From Peribolospora baueri (Eukaryota): a stretch of DNA of 64,000 bases. Positions 11,065 to 24,500 of the stretch are shown piece after piece. Below the pieces are notes generated by a model. It worked only from the letters and a program-made list of their open reading frames with translations, was not told where the DNA came from and ran no database searches. Both the position numbers and the translations under genes were made by a program. The first letter of the stretch is position 1. Every line of letters begins with the position of its first letter. The stretch is from assembly GCA_029717555.1 (NCBI GenBank), contig JAMDHS010000047.1, positions 62,001 through 126,000 of the forward strand, given 5' to 3'.

Positions 11065-14000
11065 TCACTGCTCCCCGGATTGGGCCGGGTGCCAGAAGAG
11101 GATGGACTGAACGAGCGGGTCGAGGTGAGTCCACTCGACGGGCGTGGCGAATTGGTCCGGCAGCGCGGGTTCAGCGAACAGGGCGGCCACGTCGTGGATC
11201 GACGACACGTCCGACCATCCTCCCCAGCACATCGGCGCGGACGAGCTGGTCGGATAGCCGACGTACAAGTCAGCCGCAGCCGCCGGTCCTGGGCGTATGT
11301 CACCTGCGGCGGAGCCGGAGCCGGAGCCGGAGCCGCGAAACGTCGATGGGGCGCCGTCGCTGGGGAAGGGAAGACCGGAAGGGGCGATGGAGGAGTCGTA
11401 TGAATTTGACCCGCCCCTTGCAAAGGAGGAGGAGGAGCCGGAGCGTTGGCCGGTCTGTCTGGAGACCTGGCTCGAAAGGTGGCTCTGCAAAGGTGGCGGA
11501 ACCGAGGGCATGTCCTGACCGATGCCCGCGCCCCCATCATCCTCGAGTGCGGGGTCCAACGCATACGCGCCGAATTGCCCCTCGCCTTGCGAAGGGGCGG
11601 CAGAAGAGGATGTCCCGCTTTGCGCGCTAAGGCCTGAGACGTTGTTGGGAGTGAAGTTGGAATGGAAGGAGGAGGAAGCGCCAGAGGTCGGGTCGAGGGA
11701 GGCGGTAGCAGAGGAATGGTACGAAGGGGCGGGAGACTCGGCGTATACGACCTTGTCGCCTGGCCGGAGCCTCGTGGCGAAGGTCAAGAGGCCAAAATCA
11801 GGTCGCGAATAGTCAGCGAGGGCGTTGTTGCCCCTGTTCGGAAGGCTGGTGTAGTCTCGGTCCTTGGAGTCGACGAAGGCGCGCAAGGTCTCGAGCATGG
11901 GCAAAGCCCTCCTCGCCATCTTAGAGCCGGGAGCCATCTCGCAAAACAGGGCGTAGGAGAGCTCAAAGTCCTGCCGAACGTCGCGGGCGAGCATGCTCAA
12001 AGGCGTCCGGATCAGGACGAGGGCCTGTATGACGGCAGCACTGAAGGCATGAAAGACGAAAAACCACCACAGATATGCATCTCGGGGAGACTGACGAAGG
12101 AGGGACTCCATAATGCGCATGTGTCGCCGCGCGCTCGTAACGCAAGCCGAGAAGCTGTCCGCGTACGGCGTCACTAGCGGCTCTTGACCTTGTTCGAGGG
12201 CGCGAGAGAAGAAGGGTCGGTGAAGGAAGAGGATCGCTTTTCCGACGAGAAGGCTCAGCATGTGTCGCTGGGGAATCGCTTTCGGGTCATCTCGAAGGGC
12301 CGCCAGTGCCGATGGGGAGCCAGTCGGATGTTCGTCCAGCCGCCAGTAGGGAGGAAAGCTCGCTTCGAAGGCATGAAGCTGATCCAGTGAAAGATGGAGG
12401 AGAGTGCCCGCGAAAGCTGTCAGCCTCGGAACGTGGGTTCCGTGCGCACGGGTCTCGACGCGCACCTTAACGTCCAAAGCCATCACCTGTTCGTAAGGCG
12501 CGACGGAGGGACCGGCGAGAAGAAGATCAGACACTTGGCCGAACACCTTGACGCCAAGGTATTTGAAATGGTGAAAGTCGGGCCCGCCCGGGCCCGGGCC
12601 TGCGTGCACGTTTCGATCCTCTGGTGGTTTGGCGTCGACGAAATCGAGGCTAGTCATATAAGGTCGACCGAAATTAAGAGACTGGAAGCGGTCATACACC
12701 TGTCGAATAGGATGGAACGCCGGAGGGTGAGAACGGGATGGCTCGCGTACGATATCGGCCGGCAGTTCCGATGTGGCAGGACTGACGTACCATGATCTCC
12801 CACCACATCCTCGCTCGCTGTTTGACTTCCGCCTTGTCCAACGGCCACTTGGTCGCATCTCTGAGAGGAGGAGAGAGCGTGTAGAAGAAATAGAAAAAAA
12901 ATGAGCCATCCGCGGTAGACGGGAAGAGTGGAGCAGGTACACTGACTTGTGAAGACCCATCGCCTGACCGAGTCGCATTGCAAAGCCAAGGAGCGGCCAA
13001 GCAGCCCGCGGCGCCTCTCCTTCGTCCACGATGAAAAGGAAGGTCACCATCAGATGGAGCGTCTCGCAGCACGCAAGCGTCTGATGAGCCAAGAAATGAA
13101 TGCCTAGGAATAGGAGAGAAAGTGAGATGGACAAGTGACTACGATTCAACTTGTGCAAAAGCAAGCGAGAGCAACAGCGCCCGGGCGACTCACCGTTGAC
13201 AGACAAACAAGCCGCCGCGTCGGTGAACAGCTTCTGCGCCTCCCTCACCGCGTCGGGATCCATGGCCCAGTGGGATTTTTTATTGGCAGAATGAGCCCGG
13301 ACGTCGAAGACCTTGCCGAGGGCAAATACCATTAGGAGGCGGGCCGTATGGTGGGGATGGAGCCGGCCGATGCCGACGCTGAGGCTAGACGCGCCGTAGA
13401 GCACGGACAGGTTTTGCCGCACCGCGCCTTCGCCCGCGGCTCGGTACATCCAGTCCACGCCGAGCATGTATCTGGCCCAGGTAGGGGTCAAGCGGAGGAG
13501 AAAAGACGAGACGTGGCGGCATAAATCAGACGACGTGTTCATCGAGCGAAAGTCGGACCTGTGGGACGACCCACATATCGACCAGCCTTTCCGCCTCTTT
13601 CCTGCTCGGTAAACGGGACGGCAAGGACACGAGTGTGGACGGGTCTACGCCGAACGGCAGGCCGGCGGGGAAGGTGAACGCTGGTGTCGATCCACCTGCG
13701 GGAGAAGATGTGCCCCGTTTTTCGCTCCGGCCCTGAATGGGAAAGGGGACGGAAGGAAGGATTTGACGGCTAAGCAGAGCGCCTCCCCCTTGCCCTCCGG
13801 GGACGGCCCCTCGCAAAGGCCCACCTGATCCTCACCTGAACCTTGCATCCCCCTAAGGTCAAGATGGCCGCGCCCGAACGACCGATGTACCATGTCTCGC
13901 CGGCCTCGTACACCGACAGCAGCCCGGCATCCGAATCCTGCTGCGCTTCGTGGCGAGACTCGTCGTCGGATCGTTTCCCCCGGACATGGGGCTTGTCCGG

Positions 14001-14810
14001 AGACGCTCCGGCGGCGGCGGCGGCGGCGGCGCTGCGCGTGTTCAAGCCTTTTGTGCTGCCAGCGCCCGCGTCGTCGCCGCCATCGTCTCCGACCCAGGCG
14101 TCGGCGGTGGCAAGGTGGTGGCGACCGCTGGGAAAATCGGTCTCGAGGGCGGATATGAGATCGGCAGTGCTCGGCGCGGCCGACACGATCGGCGGCGGGG
14201 GAACGCCATTGGCCCTGGTGACCTCGGTGAGGGCGTTCTCGAGCGCGGCGATGCGCGCGAGAAGCAGTTTAATGGACTTTTGGCTGCGGAGGTTGGAGCT
14301 GCAGGAGGGACGGAGGAGAAGAAGGTGGAATGAGGCGGAGACGAGGACGGCGACGGAGAATTGGGAAGGTCCCGGTGCGCAGGTGGACGACGACGCACCT
14401 CGGAGCCAAAGATCCGTTAGGACAGAGGTCCTTGACGTTCCTCCTGATGCAGTTGGTGCAAGGCCATGTCCGAGAGCACTGGGAAGAGACGTGGACGAGG
14501 GCGGTGAGAGCGAGAAGAGTGAACAGGAATGTGCGGATGAACGACGACGACGACACGGCAACGACGAAGAGCCCAAGTCCGATTGGCGGGGTAGGAGCCA
14601 GAAAAGGGTCCGATGGACGGCGAAGAGGAGATCGTCCATTTGCTACTTTTGTTTCATCTCTTCTCATCTCTGGTGTCGTCTCCCTCTTGCTCCTCCCACC
14701 TCCTCTTTCTCGTCCCATCTCAGTCTCACCTTGAGTTTGAGTCGTCTGCACTCTGCGCAGCTCTCGGCCTTACTCTTCCCTAGACGCTTCGCCGACGGTT
14801 GCTTGGGCAT
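11065..14810 (-). CDS. Zn(II)2Cys6 binuclear-cluster transcription factor with fungal-specific TF domain; multi-exon
   Basis: Spliced CAECRRLKLK|CSRTWPCTNCIRRNVKDLC gives six Cys in GAL4 spacing; coiled coil LLARIAALENAL; middle-homology region AWPLLGFAMRLGQAMGLH...RARMWWEIM...YDRFQSLNFGRPY. Start uncertain because further in-frame ATGs lie upstream to 15077. Confidence 0.88.
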
Positions 14811-14883
14811 GCTCGGCGGACTGGGCGGCGGGGGTATAGAATGGGATGTGGAGGACGAAAGAAGATGGGTCGCTCCGTCGGGT

Positions 14884-14884
<1 letters not shown>

Positions 14885-14920
<36 letters not shown>

Positions 14921-14945
14921 TCGTCGTTCGTCGTCGTCGTCGTCG
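14885..14945. repeat. Imperfect (CGT)n microsatellite in the leader or N-terminal extension of the Zn2Cys6 gene
   Basis: Run of cgtcgtcgt visible directly; reads as poly-Arg then poly-Asp in the frame of the transcription factor. Confidence 0.9.
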
Positions 14946-16078
14946 CCGGTACCTTGGCGTCCGCGGTCGTAGGTCGGGGAGCTGCGGGGTCGCGGATTCG
15001 TCGTCGGCGGGACATCGGTCGAGCGAACGCTGTTCTTGCTCCATCCCATCCCATCCCATCCACCCTTCCTCCTTCATCTTCTCTCCACCAGCAGTTGGGC
15101 GGATGAACCAGCGAAGTGACTGCTAGCCAAGTGATTTAGTCACACGGCGCACGCAGAGTCGTGCCAGTGAGTACCGTACATGCTGTACTTAAATGAGCAA
15201 CATGGCGTCAATCATAATCGCCAAGCACGGGCGGATAACCTGACAGCTCGACGACATGAGAAGCGGCGTTCACATCTGCCTACGAAGCAACGGGTGGGCG
15301 GGCGGAGGGAGGAGTAAGTGAAGCGAGGATGGGCATCGGCGACGCTCGTCCCCAACGACGAAAACGGACGGTGGAACAGAGAAGCGCGTTGGTTAAGACC
15401 GTCCAGTGTGGCTGCTTGAGCTGCTCATTCAGTGCCTTGGCTCGTCAACGGTTGCTGTAAGAGAGAGCAGTATGCGAAACGAAGAAAGTCCTGGCGTTTT
15501 TCCAATCCATATCCGGATGGCCGTGCCAAGGTCGACCTGTCCTGAGCTGATGTTCTTGGCCGAGCTGTGGGGCGGGGAGGGCGCCGCCATGACATGGCGA
15601 TGGTCATTCAATCCGGCCTCGGTCAGCACCCGTGTCCGGTCATGCTCCTCAACTTGACTACGTGCGGGTTGGAGAAAAACAAGAGGGGGGCCGAGGATAT
15701 AGGGAGGAGATAAAGATGGTAGTGGCGCTGACATGGTGGAATTGGTCCCCTCCAAAGTCATGTTCCGCGCACGAGGTCACGTCGAACGAGGTGCCGCATC
15801 TGAGGAAGAGGATGGATGGATGACGACCAACAGTGTATGCTCCACTTTGATATACGGATCCTCCAACCTCGTTCCGCACACATGGCGAGGTGGCCACGCC
15901 GCTGGGGCGCTGCCTGGAAGGAGAATGGAGGAGGGAACAGAGATCCAAAGGCGAACGCCGATTGCGCTCTCTCTGCGATCGTCTATTCGTTCTCCACCTC
16001 GCCTCGGCATTCTTCTTCGGACGACCGATCGGCTTAAACGCACCGCCGATCACCACCAGCTAAGCTCTTCGCACCACT

Positions 16079-17360
16079 ATGGCCGACTCCCTCGGCGCCG
16101 CGCCGCCGCTCCCAGATGACCTTCTGGGGAAGCAGCTCTCCGCCGTCGAGCTCCTCCAGGGCATGTTCTGTCTCGACGGGGAGTTTCTTCTCCTCTCCGA
16201 GCCAGCCGAGCTCGATCGCCTCCGATCGTACCTCGAAAGGTCGGGGTCGGACGAGCCGGATGGGCGGTCGAGTGCTGTCGAGGAGACGACGGGGCGAAAG
16301 CGGCAGCCGCCGTTGAACGTCCGGATCAGGCTGCGGATCCTCATCGACGAGGACGTCCGATATCCGCTCGAAGTAGACGTCAACGTGCCGTTGCGAGGTC
16401 ACGTCCTTCCCGACGCGACAGAGCCACCAGAGCCGTCATGCGTCCTCCGGTGTCCCCCGTGGCTCGACAGGCGGTCGCATGCCCAACTGGCCGCAGGACT
16501 GCCTCGCTCGGGCTTGGGAGAGGACTCCATGCTCCAAGTCGTGGAGTATCTCCGGCAAGAGGCACCAGCTTACATCTCGTCGGCGGCGGCATCAGGTACG
16601 GAGACGGCCGGTGACGCCGTTGTCGGGCGAGGTCGAGGAAGGGACGACGACGCGCACCTCTGCAGGGTGTGGTTCTTCTTTCCGAGTTTGTCCACCAGGG
16701 CCAAGCGAGACGATCTCGTAGACTTTGCGCCCGAATATCGACTCACCGGGTTCGTGCTTGCGGGTGAGAGTCAGGCAAGCCGAGCGCGGAGAAAAGCAGG
16801 GGCGATGCAGACGGAGAACAACAAAAGGCCGAGTCACTCGGTCTTCGGAGAGTGGGCAAGGGAGGCTGTAGCATGGATTTCATTTTATGTCTTTAGTACT
16901 CATCCGGTCTACGTTCCTCCGCATGCCCCTTTCTTCTCTTCCAAGGCAAGCCGGGTCTCCTCTGTCTCGAGGGCGCACCGACCGACGTGGACGCCTACAT
17001 GCGGCACATCAAAGTCCATTCGTGGGGGGACATACCATCCCATCAGAAAAAGGTGGGTGGGATGGGCGGAGGTGGCCCAAGCATTCACCGTCGGTGTCGA
17101 AGCTTTGTTTAAAAACACGCCCCTGATCTGCCTTCCTTTCTCTTCCCTTCCATATCCCCCATTAGGTAACAGAACGATACCGCGAGGATCCCATCTCAAA
17201 TCGCGCCTTCGCGGACATGCAGGAGATCACGGACCATATCCAAAAGCGCGGCGCCCGAGGGAACCGGGGCGAAATGCGCGAGGTGAGGGACTGGATGGTG
17301 GCCGCCGGCGTCGGCGACGCGTTCGGCAAGGTCCTTGGCGCCGAGTTTGCGTCGACGTGA
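16079..17360 (+). CDS. RWD-domain/DUF1115 protein (RWDD2-like); 3 exons
   Basis: N-terminal KQLSAVELLQGMF, then RVWFFFPSLSTRAKRDDLV..YRLTGFVLA|GKPGLLCLEG...SWGDIPSHQKK|VTERYRE; introns about 16764-16945 and 17052-17165; stop TGA 17358-17360. Family assignment from recalled motif resemblance. Confidence 0.72.
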
Positions 17361-17791
17361 ACCTTTCCCTTGCACTCATCATGCTGCCCTTCGCACGGCC
17401 CACGCGCGGGACACGAGGACGCTGCGAGATCCAAGTCGAGCCGAAAGCGTATACCGATTGTTGAAATATCATCATTGTATCAGTGATTGGAGAGAATACA
17501 CAACAAGGGATGGAAGGAAGAAGGACAGACAAGCGAAACAAGGAGCACAGGTCGGAGAGCTACACGTTGGGTGGAAGAGTCGCGGAATCACGGCGGTCGC
17601 ATGAATGGTGGTCGGTATGGAGAGAGGTGATCGAGGGAAAACAGCTTTATACAATTCATTCGGGTCAAGATGGGTGCCATGAGAGAGACGCATGTAGATG
17701 GACGGCGAGCGCCAAACCAATAGTACGGTCGAGACTGATGCCCAAGCCGAGCGAGGCCTGCCTCTGGCGGGGGTTCGATGATGAGACAAAT

Positions 17792-20752
17792 TTAGTGCTT
17801 CTTCGACTTGCACTTCTTCGGGACTGCCGGAATGAAAGGAAGAGACGAGTAAGCAACCGAACAGAAAAACGTCGTCAGGCCTCTCTCCACTCACGCGCAA
17901 AGTCATCCGTTCGCAATCCACCGCCCCAAGGGCTGCGACCGACGACCTCAGCATCCGGGCCGAGGCCACGCTTGGAGAAGCCCTTCCAAAGTGCACAAGT
18001 GTTGTTACCGCCAGTGAGCGCTTCGTCAGCCTGGATGATGGCGTCCCTGGCTGCCAAGAAATCGGGGCGGCACGGCTGGAGCTTCATGCCCGTGATGACG
18101 AGCTGGACGCTGAGCGTGTTCCCGTGTCTAGGGATGCGAGGCGCGTCCTTGTCCAGACTCGAGGCAGGGAGGTAGAACTCGTTCAAAGGGTCGAGCACGC
18201 CGTCCTCGTCCAGGGCCGGAGGGAAGAGAGAAGGATTGTGGCCGTGCCTGAGATATCATATCCGGAAAGAAGGTGAGCGATGATGCTCGATGGTGTCTCG
18301 AAACAAATGCGGACTCACTTGGCAATCAGCTGCTCCGTGACCTCGAAGAGAATCTCGGCCCAGACCTGTCCAATCTGGTGGACGCCGAAGTACTTGTCAA
18401 TGCTCTTGTACGTCTCGGGATTGTGCGAAAAGTTGGTCGAGTAAGGGTAGCCGCGGATGCCACCTTTGTGATCGCTGGCCCAGGCCCCCATAGGATAGTC
18501 GGTGGAGTTGGACGTGTGCTTTCTGATCTGCGTGGCCAAGTAATCGCCCCATCCTTCACCCATGCCACCAGCCTCGCCCCAGCCAAGGCATCCGCTGTTG
18601 GCGGGCCCGCCGGTGAGCCTGGTCGAGATGCCGTGGGTGTACTCGTGGATGACGATTCCGGCCTCGAGATCGCCATCGCGGTAAGGAGTCGACCCGTCCC
18701 ACTGGTACATGTTCATGCGAGGTCGCTGGCCGTCAGGGGGGGTCATCATGTTGGCGTTGTTCGCGCGGCCGACAGCAGCACCATCCTGAGCGTTCGCCTG
18801 CAGAGCGTCGCCGCCTATGCCACCCCTACCGAAGTTGTGTTCCTGGAAGTTGCCGGTCTTCTCGGTGAAACCGTAGCGGTACGCGAAGTCGTGGATTTGG
18901 TTGGTCCTGCAACGGTGACAAGCCATGCGACCTGTCAGCGAATTCCTGAAAATGAGACCGAGCGCATACAGATAGTGAGGACTCACGTGTAGAACAGCTG
19001 GGTGACGCTGGCGTTGATGTAATCCTCGGGTGCGGGCGTCATGCTGTGCTTCTTGTCGGCCTTGCGCCAGCCGAGCTTGAAGTCGAAGACGCCATGGTCT
19101 GCCTCAGGGCGGTGGTTGTTCAACCACTGGAAGCCGCCATCGGGGTTGGCCTGAGCGAAGACGTTGTTGCCGCGAGTGTCGTTGAACGTTGTACCATTCT
19201 TGCTCGGCAAGATATCGGACCAGGGATGTGAGGAGCCGGGGATAGTATGCCAGCCGAGGGGTGAAGCTACCTTGTCGTAGGGGTCGACTTCGAACGACCT
19301 ATGGCCCTCTTCGGGGTCGTTTATGCCCCACTTGAAGACGTAGTAAGACGTGCGACCCTCGTCGTCCTTGCCTTGTTTCTTGTCGGCGTTCTTGCGCTTA
19401 TCGAGCTCCTCGACGAGGTGCGAGGGCGCATCGCTGGCCCAGTCCACCACGGCCGAGGTCTGACCGGGGCGGGTGGCGTCGACGTAAACCTCGTACCAGT
19501 TGTCTTCCATCTCAAGCTCGAAGCGCCAAACGAGATTGAGCTCAGAGCGCGAAGGATCCTCGGGGTGGGGGTGCTGAATGTAGGCCAGGCGAGCCTTCAC
19601 CGGAGACATGGCCGAAGGCACATTGTGAAGGAGCTCGGTAACCTGCGAGTGATGCTTGCCGTGCAAGTGATGCTCGAACGTGGAGCGGATGCTTTCGACG
19701 GCAGAGTCGAGGTCTTCGGTCAACCGAGCGACGAGACCCTCGTCCGGACTGGCCTGCGCGAGGAAGCCTACGACGGCGATGCGTGGGTCGATGATCCTGG
19801 TGTGCGCGTTGCCGAGCACGTCGACGATCTTCTTGGCCTCCTTCCCGGCGATCTCGAGGCCATGAAGAAGAGGAGAGTCATCGGCTTCTTCGCAGAGCTG
19901 ATAGAGCTCACTCTGGAGCGGCGCGAGCTCTTCCTTGAGGGTGCCAAGCGCGGACGAAAGGCCGTGGCGGAGCGAGTCAAAGACGATCTGACCCAGATGG
20001 CCGATGACGCCGTAGGAAGTACCGAGTGCGGCCGAAGCCTCTTCATGGCCGACGTCTGCCTGAAGAGAAGACAGCTTGTCGAGGATCTTGGTCTTCAGAG
20101 CGGCACAGCGGCTCGAATGACGCTGCTTCTCCTCAGAATGATGGATGGGGTTGGAACCGGGAGCAGGAACGGCACCGCGGTAGAACGAGTCGCCGTAGGA
20201 CAGAACGCGGCCATGACGGTCGACGTTGATGTTAACGTCCGCATCGGAAACTGGGTAAAAAAAGGTGCGGGGAGAGACGAACAAAGAGGGGAAGGGCGTT
20301 TAGGTGAACAACGTCCATGATACGTACGGGAGGGAGTACAAGGCCAGCCCACCCTCAATGCCGTTCACAAGCTGGCGAACGAAGAGATGAGTGACACCAG
20401 TATGGTCATCTGTGTAACTGTCCTCCCTGACAAAGTACTCGATATCAGGGCCAGCCAGCTTGTCCGCAAGGCGCTTGGCGACCTCGAGAGGAGAGGCGGC
20501 CTTGTGCTCGCTCGACTGGATAGCGGCAAAGGAGACGGGACTGCCGTGAGGAAAGGCGTCATCACCGCCGCGAAAGGAGGCGTGCGGATGAACGGGCCCA
20601 AAGTTGAGCGACTTGCGAGCCGAGCCGGCTTTGGGCGGGGGAGGGTGGGCGGCGAGGTGGGTCGAGTCTGACTCGGAGACGCCGCCAGTGGGTACGGTGG
20701 CCCAGGCGAGCGACGCGAGCGACGCGGCCGCAAGGGCGTTGGAGAAGCGCAT
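17792..20752 (-). CDS. Secreted fungalysin metalloprotease (peptidase family M36) with signal peptide and propeptide; multi-exon
   Basis: Signal peptide [21 protein letters not shown]-type prodomain [42 protein letters not shown]; zinc motif [14 protein letters not shown]; third ligand in [41 protein letters not shown]. Last exon [13 protein letters not shown]. Confidence 0.95.
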
Positions 20753-21550
20753 GGTCGAATGAGATGTATCAAAGTGCGTGCGATACTACGAGGCCGCCGC
20801 TAGGGGATGGGTGTCACCGAGACTATGTATCTATCGCCAAGTCTGCCTGTCTGACTCTCTATCGAACGCCGTGCTCCAGGCAACGCTGGGTAGCGATCCT
20901 CCAAGGCAACGAAAGCAGAAGAAGGGGCGCGGCGCGGAGCAGATGGAAAGAACAAAATAAGAGCAAGTACGAGTATTTGTGGATCGTGGACGGGTGATGG
21001 TTGCCGTCAATGGTGGTGGTGGTTGCGTCTTGTCGTACGACCTCGCCCAGGCCCTGTTGGGGGGGGGGTACCGATTGTGAGTCCGATAAGCCCCTTGCCG
21101 CAGCACTCGAACGGGTGTGGGGCTGTGATTGGCTGGCGGGATGAGATCATCAGCCGGCCTTCCGGATCCGGCAACACCGGACCGACGATGGCCAGTGGGA
21201 GCCGTCCGGGGCCGACGTTTTTCTCTGGATGATGCTGTATGTGAGGAACAACTGACTGCTTTCATCGAATGTGTACTCGCAGAGCAGATGGCAGCGCGGT
21301 GGTCATGAGGGAATTTGGAACGGCGTGTGGGCGGCTTCGTCAACCACTGAATGGAGTCCTGGACGCCTGCTCCGGTCCGTCGTTGTATCCCTTCGCATGC
21401 TACAAAGCAAGCAGACCTTGGACCTGCCGATCTCTAACATATTGGCGGAAGCCGTACGAGTACGTACAGAGAGCAAAAAGAGAGAAAGGAAACGGGAGAA
21501 GAGAGGAGCGGCGACGACGGTAGTCCACATGCGTCATCGCGCGGCTATCC

Positions 21551-24500
21551 TCACGCGGTGAAGAGCAGTCCGACGGTGTACCACAAGAAGCCGAGGAATC
21601 TGTTGTTGGGAAGGTGGCCGTGGTCAGTGTATGTCTCCCAGTGCGCCGCTTCCATAGGAGGCAGATGATAGGAAAAGGACCTACCGAATGGTCGAGAGAC
21701 CGAAGATGGCTGTACGTAGATAACGAGCCGGTTCGACGGAGCTGAGCACTGCCATCTACACGGAGTGTACCAACCAAAATGACCCCGGAAAACTTACAAT
21801 AAAGCTTTGTGTCGTAACAACAAAAATAGAATAGGGAAGGAAGGGGAAGGGTCGAATGCAGAGGGAGAGAAGAGGTCAGTCTTTGCAGCAGCACGCACCC
21901 TAACAAGGCCATCACCAAATATACTCACAAGGAAGGTCATGTATCCGCTTCCGGGCGAGCAGCAGCGGTCATTGGGACTGCACGCGCTCGACGGACCTCC
22001 CGTGAAGATGTCGCGACCCTGGGCAGTATAGACAACAACGGCAGCAAGAATGATCTGTTCGCACAAAAGGAGATGCGAGAAACGCCGTCGTGTCAGCGTT
22101 GGGTAGAAAAGCGCCTATCCCATCCATGGCCGAGACCCACATTCGATCCTGCCCATGACATGACAAGGAAGGTCCTGAAGGAGGAGTAATCTGCAGAGCC
22201 AAGGCAAAGACAACGAACAAACATATAAGCGAAAATCATATGATAGCACGCCGGCATTCGTTTCTGAGCTCACAGTCAAGCATCTCTTCCTTCTCTCTCT
22301 CCTCCTTCTGCTGAGGGGTCTCATGAGCACGTTCCACCTTTTTCTCCTTTCTGTCTGACAGGAACGTCTCGTCCTGCAGACGGATACGTGCGCGCTCGAA
22401 CGAGTTGGTGAGCTGGAGGCGCGAAGGAACGTTGGTGCGAGCGAGATTTGTGTTCCCGCCGACGAGCTCAGTGTCGCCCGCTTTATCCGTCGAAGACCCC
22501 TTCGTGCCCCATGAAAAGTCGTTAGTGTTACAAAAAGCGAAGGTGTTGAATATGTTGACATAAGTGGGTGATAGAAGGAGATCTGCACCACGACAAAATA
22601 ACGTAGTGAGCGTGGGTGTCGACGGCAAAAGCAGAAAAGCGGTGGCTTGCAATCGTCACTGACATTGTACGAAGCTGGTCATAAGATGCCAAGGTTGAAG
22701 GGCAATGATACTGTCGACGCAAGGGTGCAGAGAGAGGTTGGAACGGATCAAACTATGGCACACAAGAACACACTGGAGCGCACTCACCTGCTAAGGAGAT
22801 AAACACCGTATGTCCTAACATAACGAAAGCGTTTCAGCACAACCAGAGCTGTGCCCTACTCAAATGATGCGAGCACTCACGAGAAGAGAGCAAAGAAAAC
22901 TTTAACCATGTTGCAGTTCCTCACGAGATCATGGAAGGTGACCTTGCCCGGCATATCAATAACTTGTCGAACGGCGACCTCCACCAAATAGATCGTGCTT
23001 CCAAACACTTGAAAAGCCGTCGGAGAGAAGTAAAGTCAGCTGCCGCCAGAGAACCGCAACCACACGTCCCCTACTCACTGTACGCGATCAGCACAGCGTA
23101 CCCGAACGACACCCATTTGCTGTGAGAACAAACGACAAGGTCAGCAAAGCTTGTTTTCCGCGAGCTCAGCAGTGTCGATGAAAAACGTACTAGAACCACT
23201 GCGACGCAATGCCGTTTGGTTTGTTGCCGAGAGAGAGGATGACGATGGAGGCGAAACTGGCGAGATACAGCCAATATGCGAAGATTGTCGGAACCTGGAA
23301 GAGGAAAATGGAAGGAAGAAATGGACCATGACTGCGTCAGAATGCGCGTCTCGTCGGCTCGACGGATCGGCTCCGGTTGAAGTAGAGAAAAAAAGTAAGA
23401 AAGAGACTCACATGGATGCCTGGAAACGCGCCACCGTTGGCTGACTGATAGTTCCTCACATTGTCCACTTGGGTCTCCATGGCCTCGGAGATGAAGACAA
23501 AGGAGATGAAAAAGTTGCCAGGGAGGAACCAATTGAAAACTGCAAGAAAGGACGCAGATCGTGAGACGACGGTCAAGAGGGAGAACTCATGACCATGTTC
23601 TGCTCTGCACGCACAAAGGGAAACGACGTTGTACAACCACCTGGAAGGAGCCCACGAGACCGTCAGTAAAACAGACGAAACACACGGACTCACGCGGAGT
23701 CAGGGATGGACTCACTGCACGCAAAAGAATACTTTTCGGAGAAGCGAGTGGGAGGAGCGAAATATGTGGGCGAAATGTACGACGGCATGAACGGCCACGA
23801 AGAAGGAGCCGTTGAGCCATCTTCGCCCTGTCATGGTTTAAAAATGCAGCGTAGGCGTGAGCAGAACGCTTCCAGCAAGTCCTTGACAAAGGAAAACGCT
23901 CACTTTGTAAAATCAGTTCGGGCATCTGCGCCGACGGTCGTGTAGAGAGGCACGAAAAGGGTAAGCCGCCGCCGTTCGCCACCTCTGCAGGACGTCAGCA
24001 AAAGCAAAACTCACATGCTCCACGGGGTCCGTCGCCGCCACCGAGAGCTTCGAATAGTACAGGGTGTAGTTGCTGTTTGGCGACATTTCAACGACGATCA
24101 GCGAGCCGGCGAGAATGAACGGACGCGAATTGCGGCAGAACTCACTGTCCCGTCTTTGAGATGATCTCCCAGCAAACTGCAAAAGAGAAACAATCGGTCT
24201 TTGTGAGTACCAATGGGAGAAGGAGCGAGGAGCCTTTGCCCAATCACTCACGAATGCGGTCCTCGGCGAGGTACATGTTCCTCTCGAAGACGTTGGCGAC
24301 GGGATTGAAGGTTCGCTTCTCCGGTAATTGCACGCCGTAGTTGCCATACTGGTCTAACGCGGACAGAGGTTGTTGGCGCTGACCAAACTCTCCGAGGAAG
24401 TAGCTCCGCAGAGGCCCTCGCCCCGTTACGGGATCGTTCTGGATGGCCGAATAACGGTACGCGGAGAAGGCGCCAGGAAGGACCTGGATAAAGCCAAAGG

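Noticed and set aside
15400..16050. Short ORFs and acceptor-like pyrimidine tracts between the Zn2Cys6 and RWD genes
   Set aside because: No recognisable protein; treated as a divergent promoter region.
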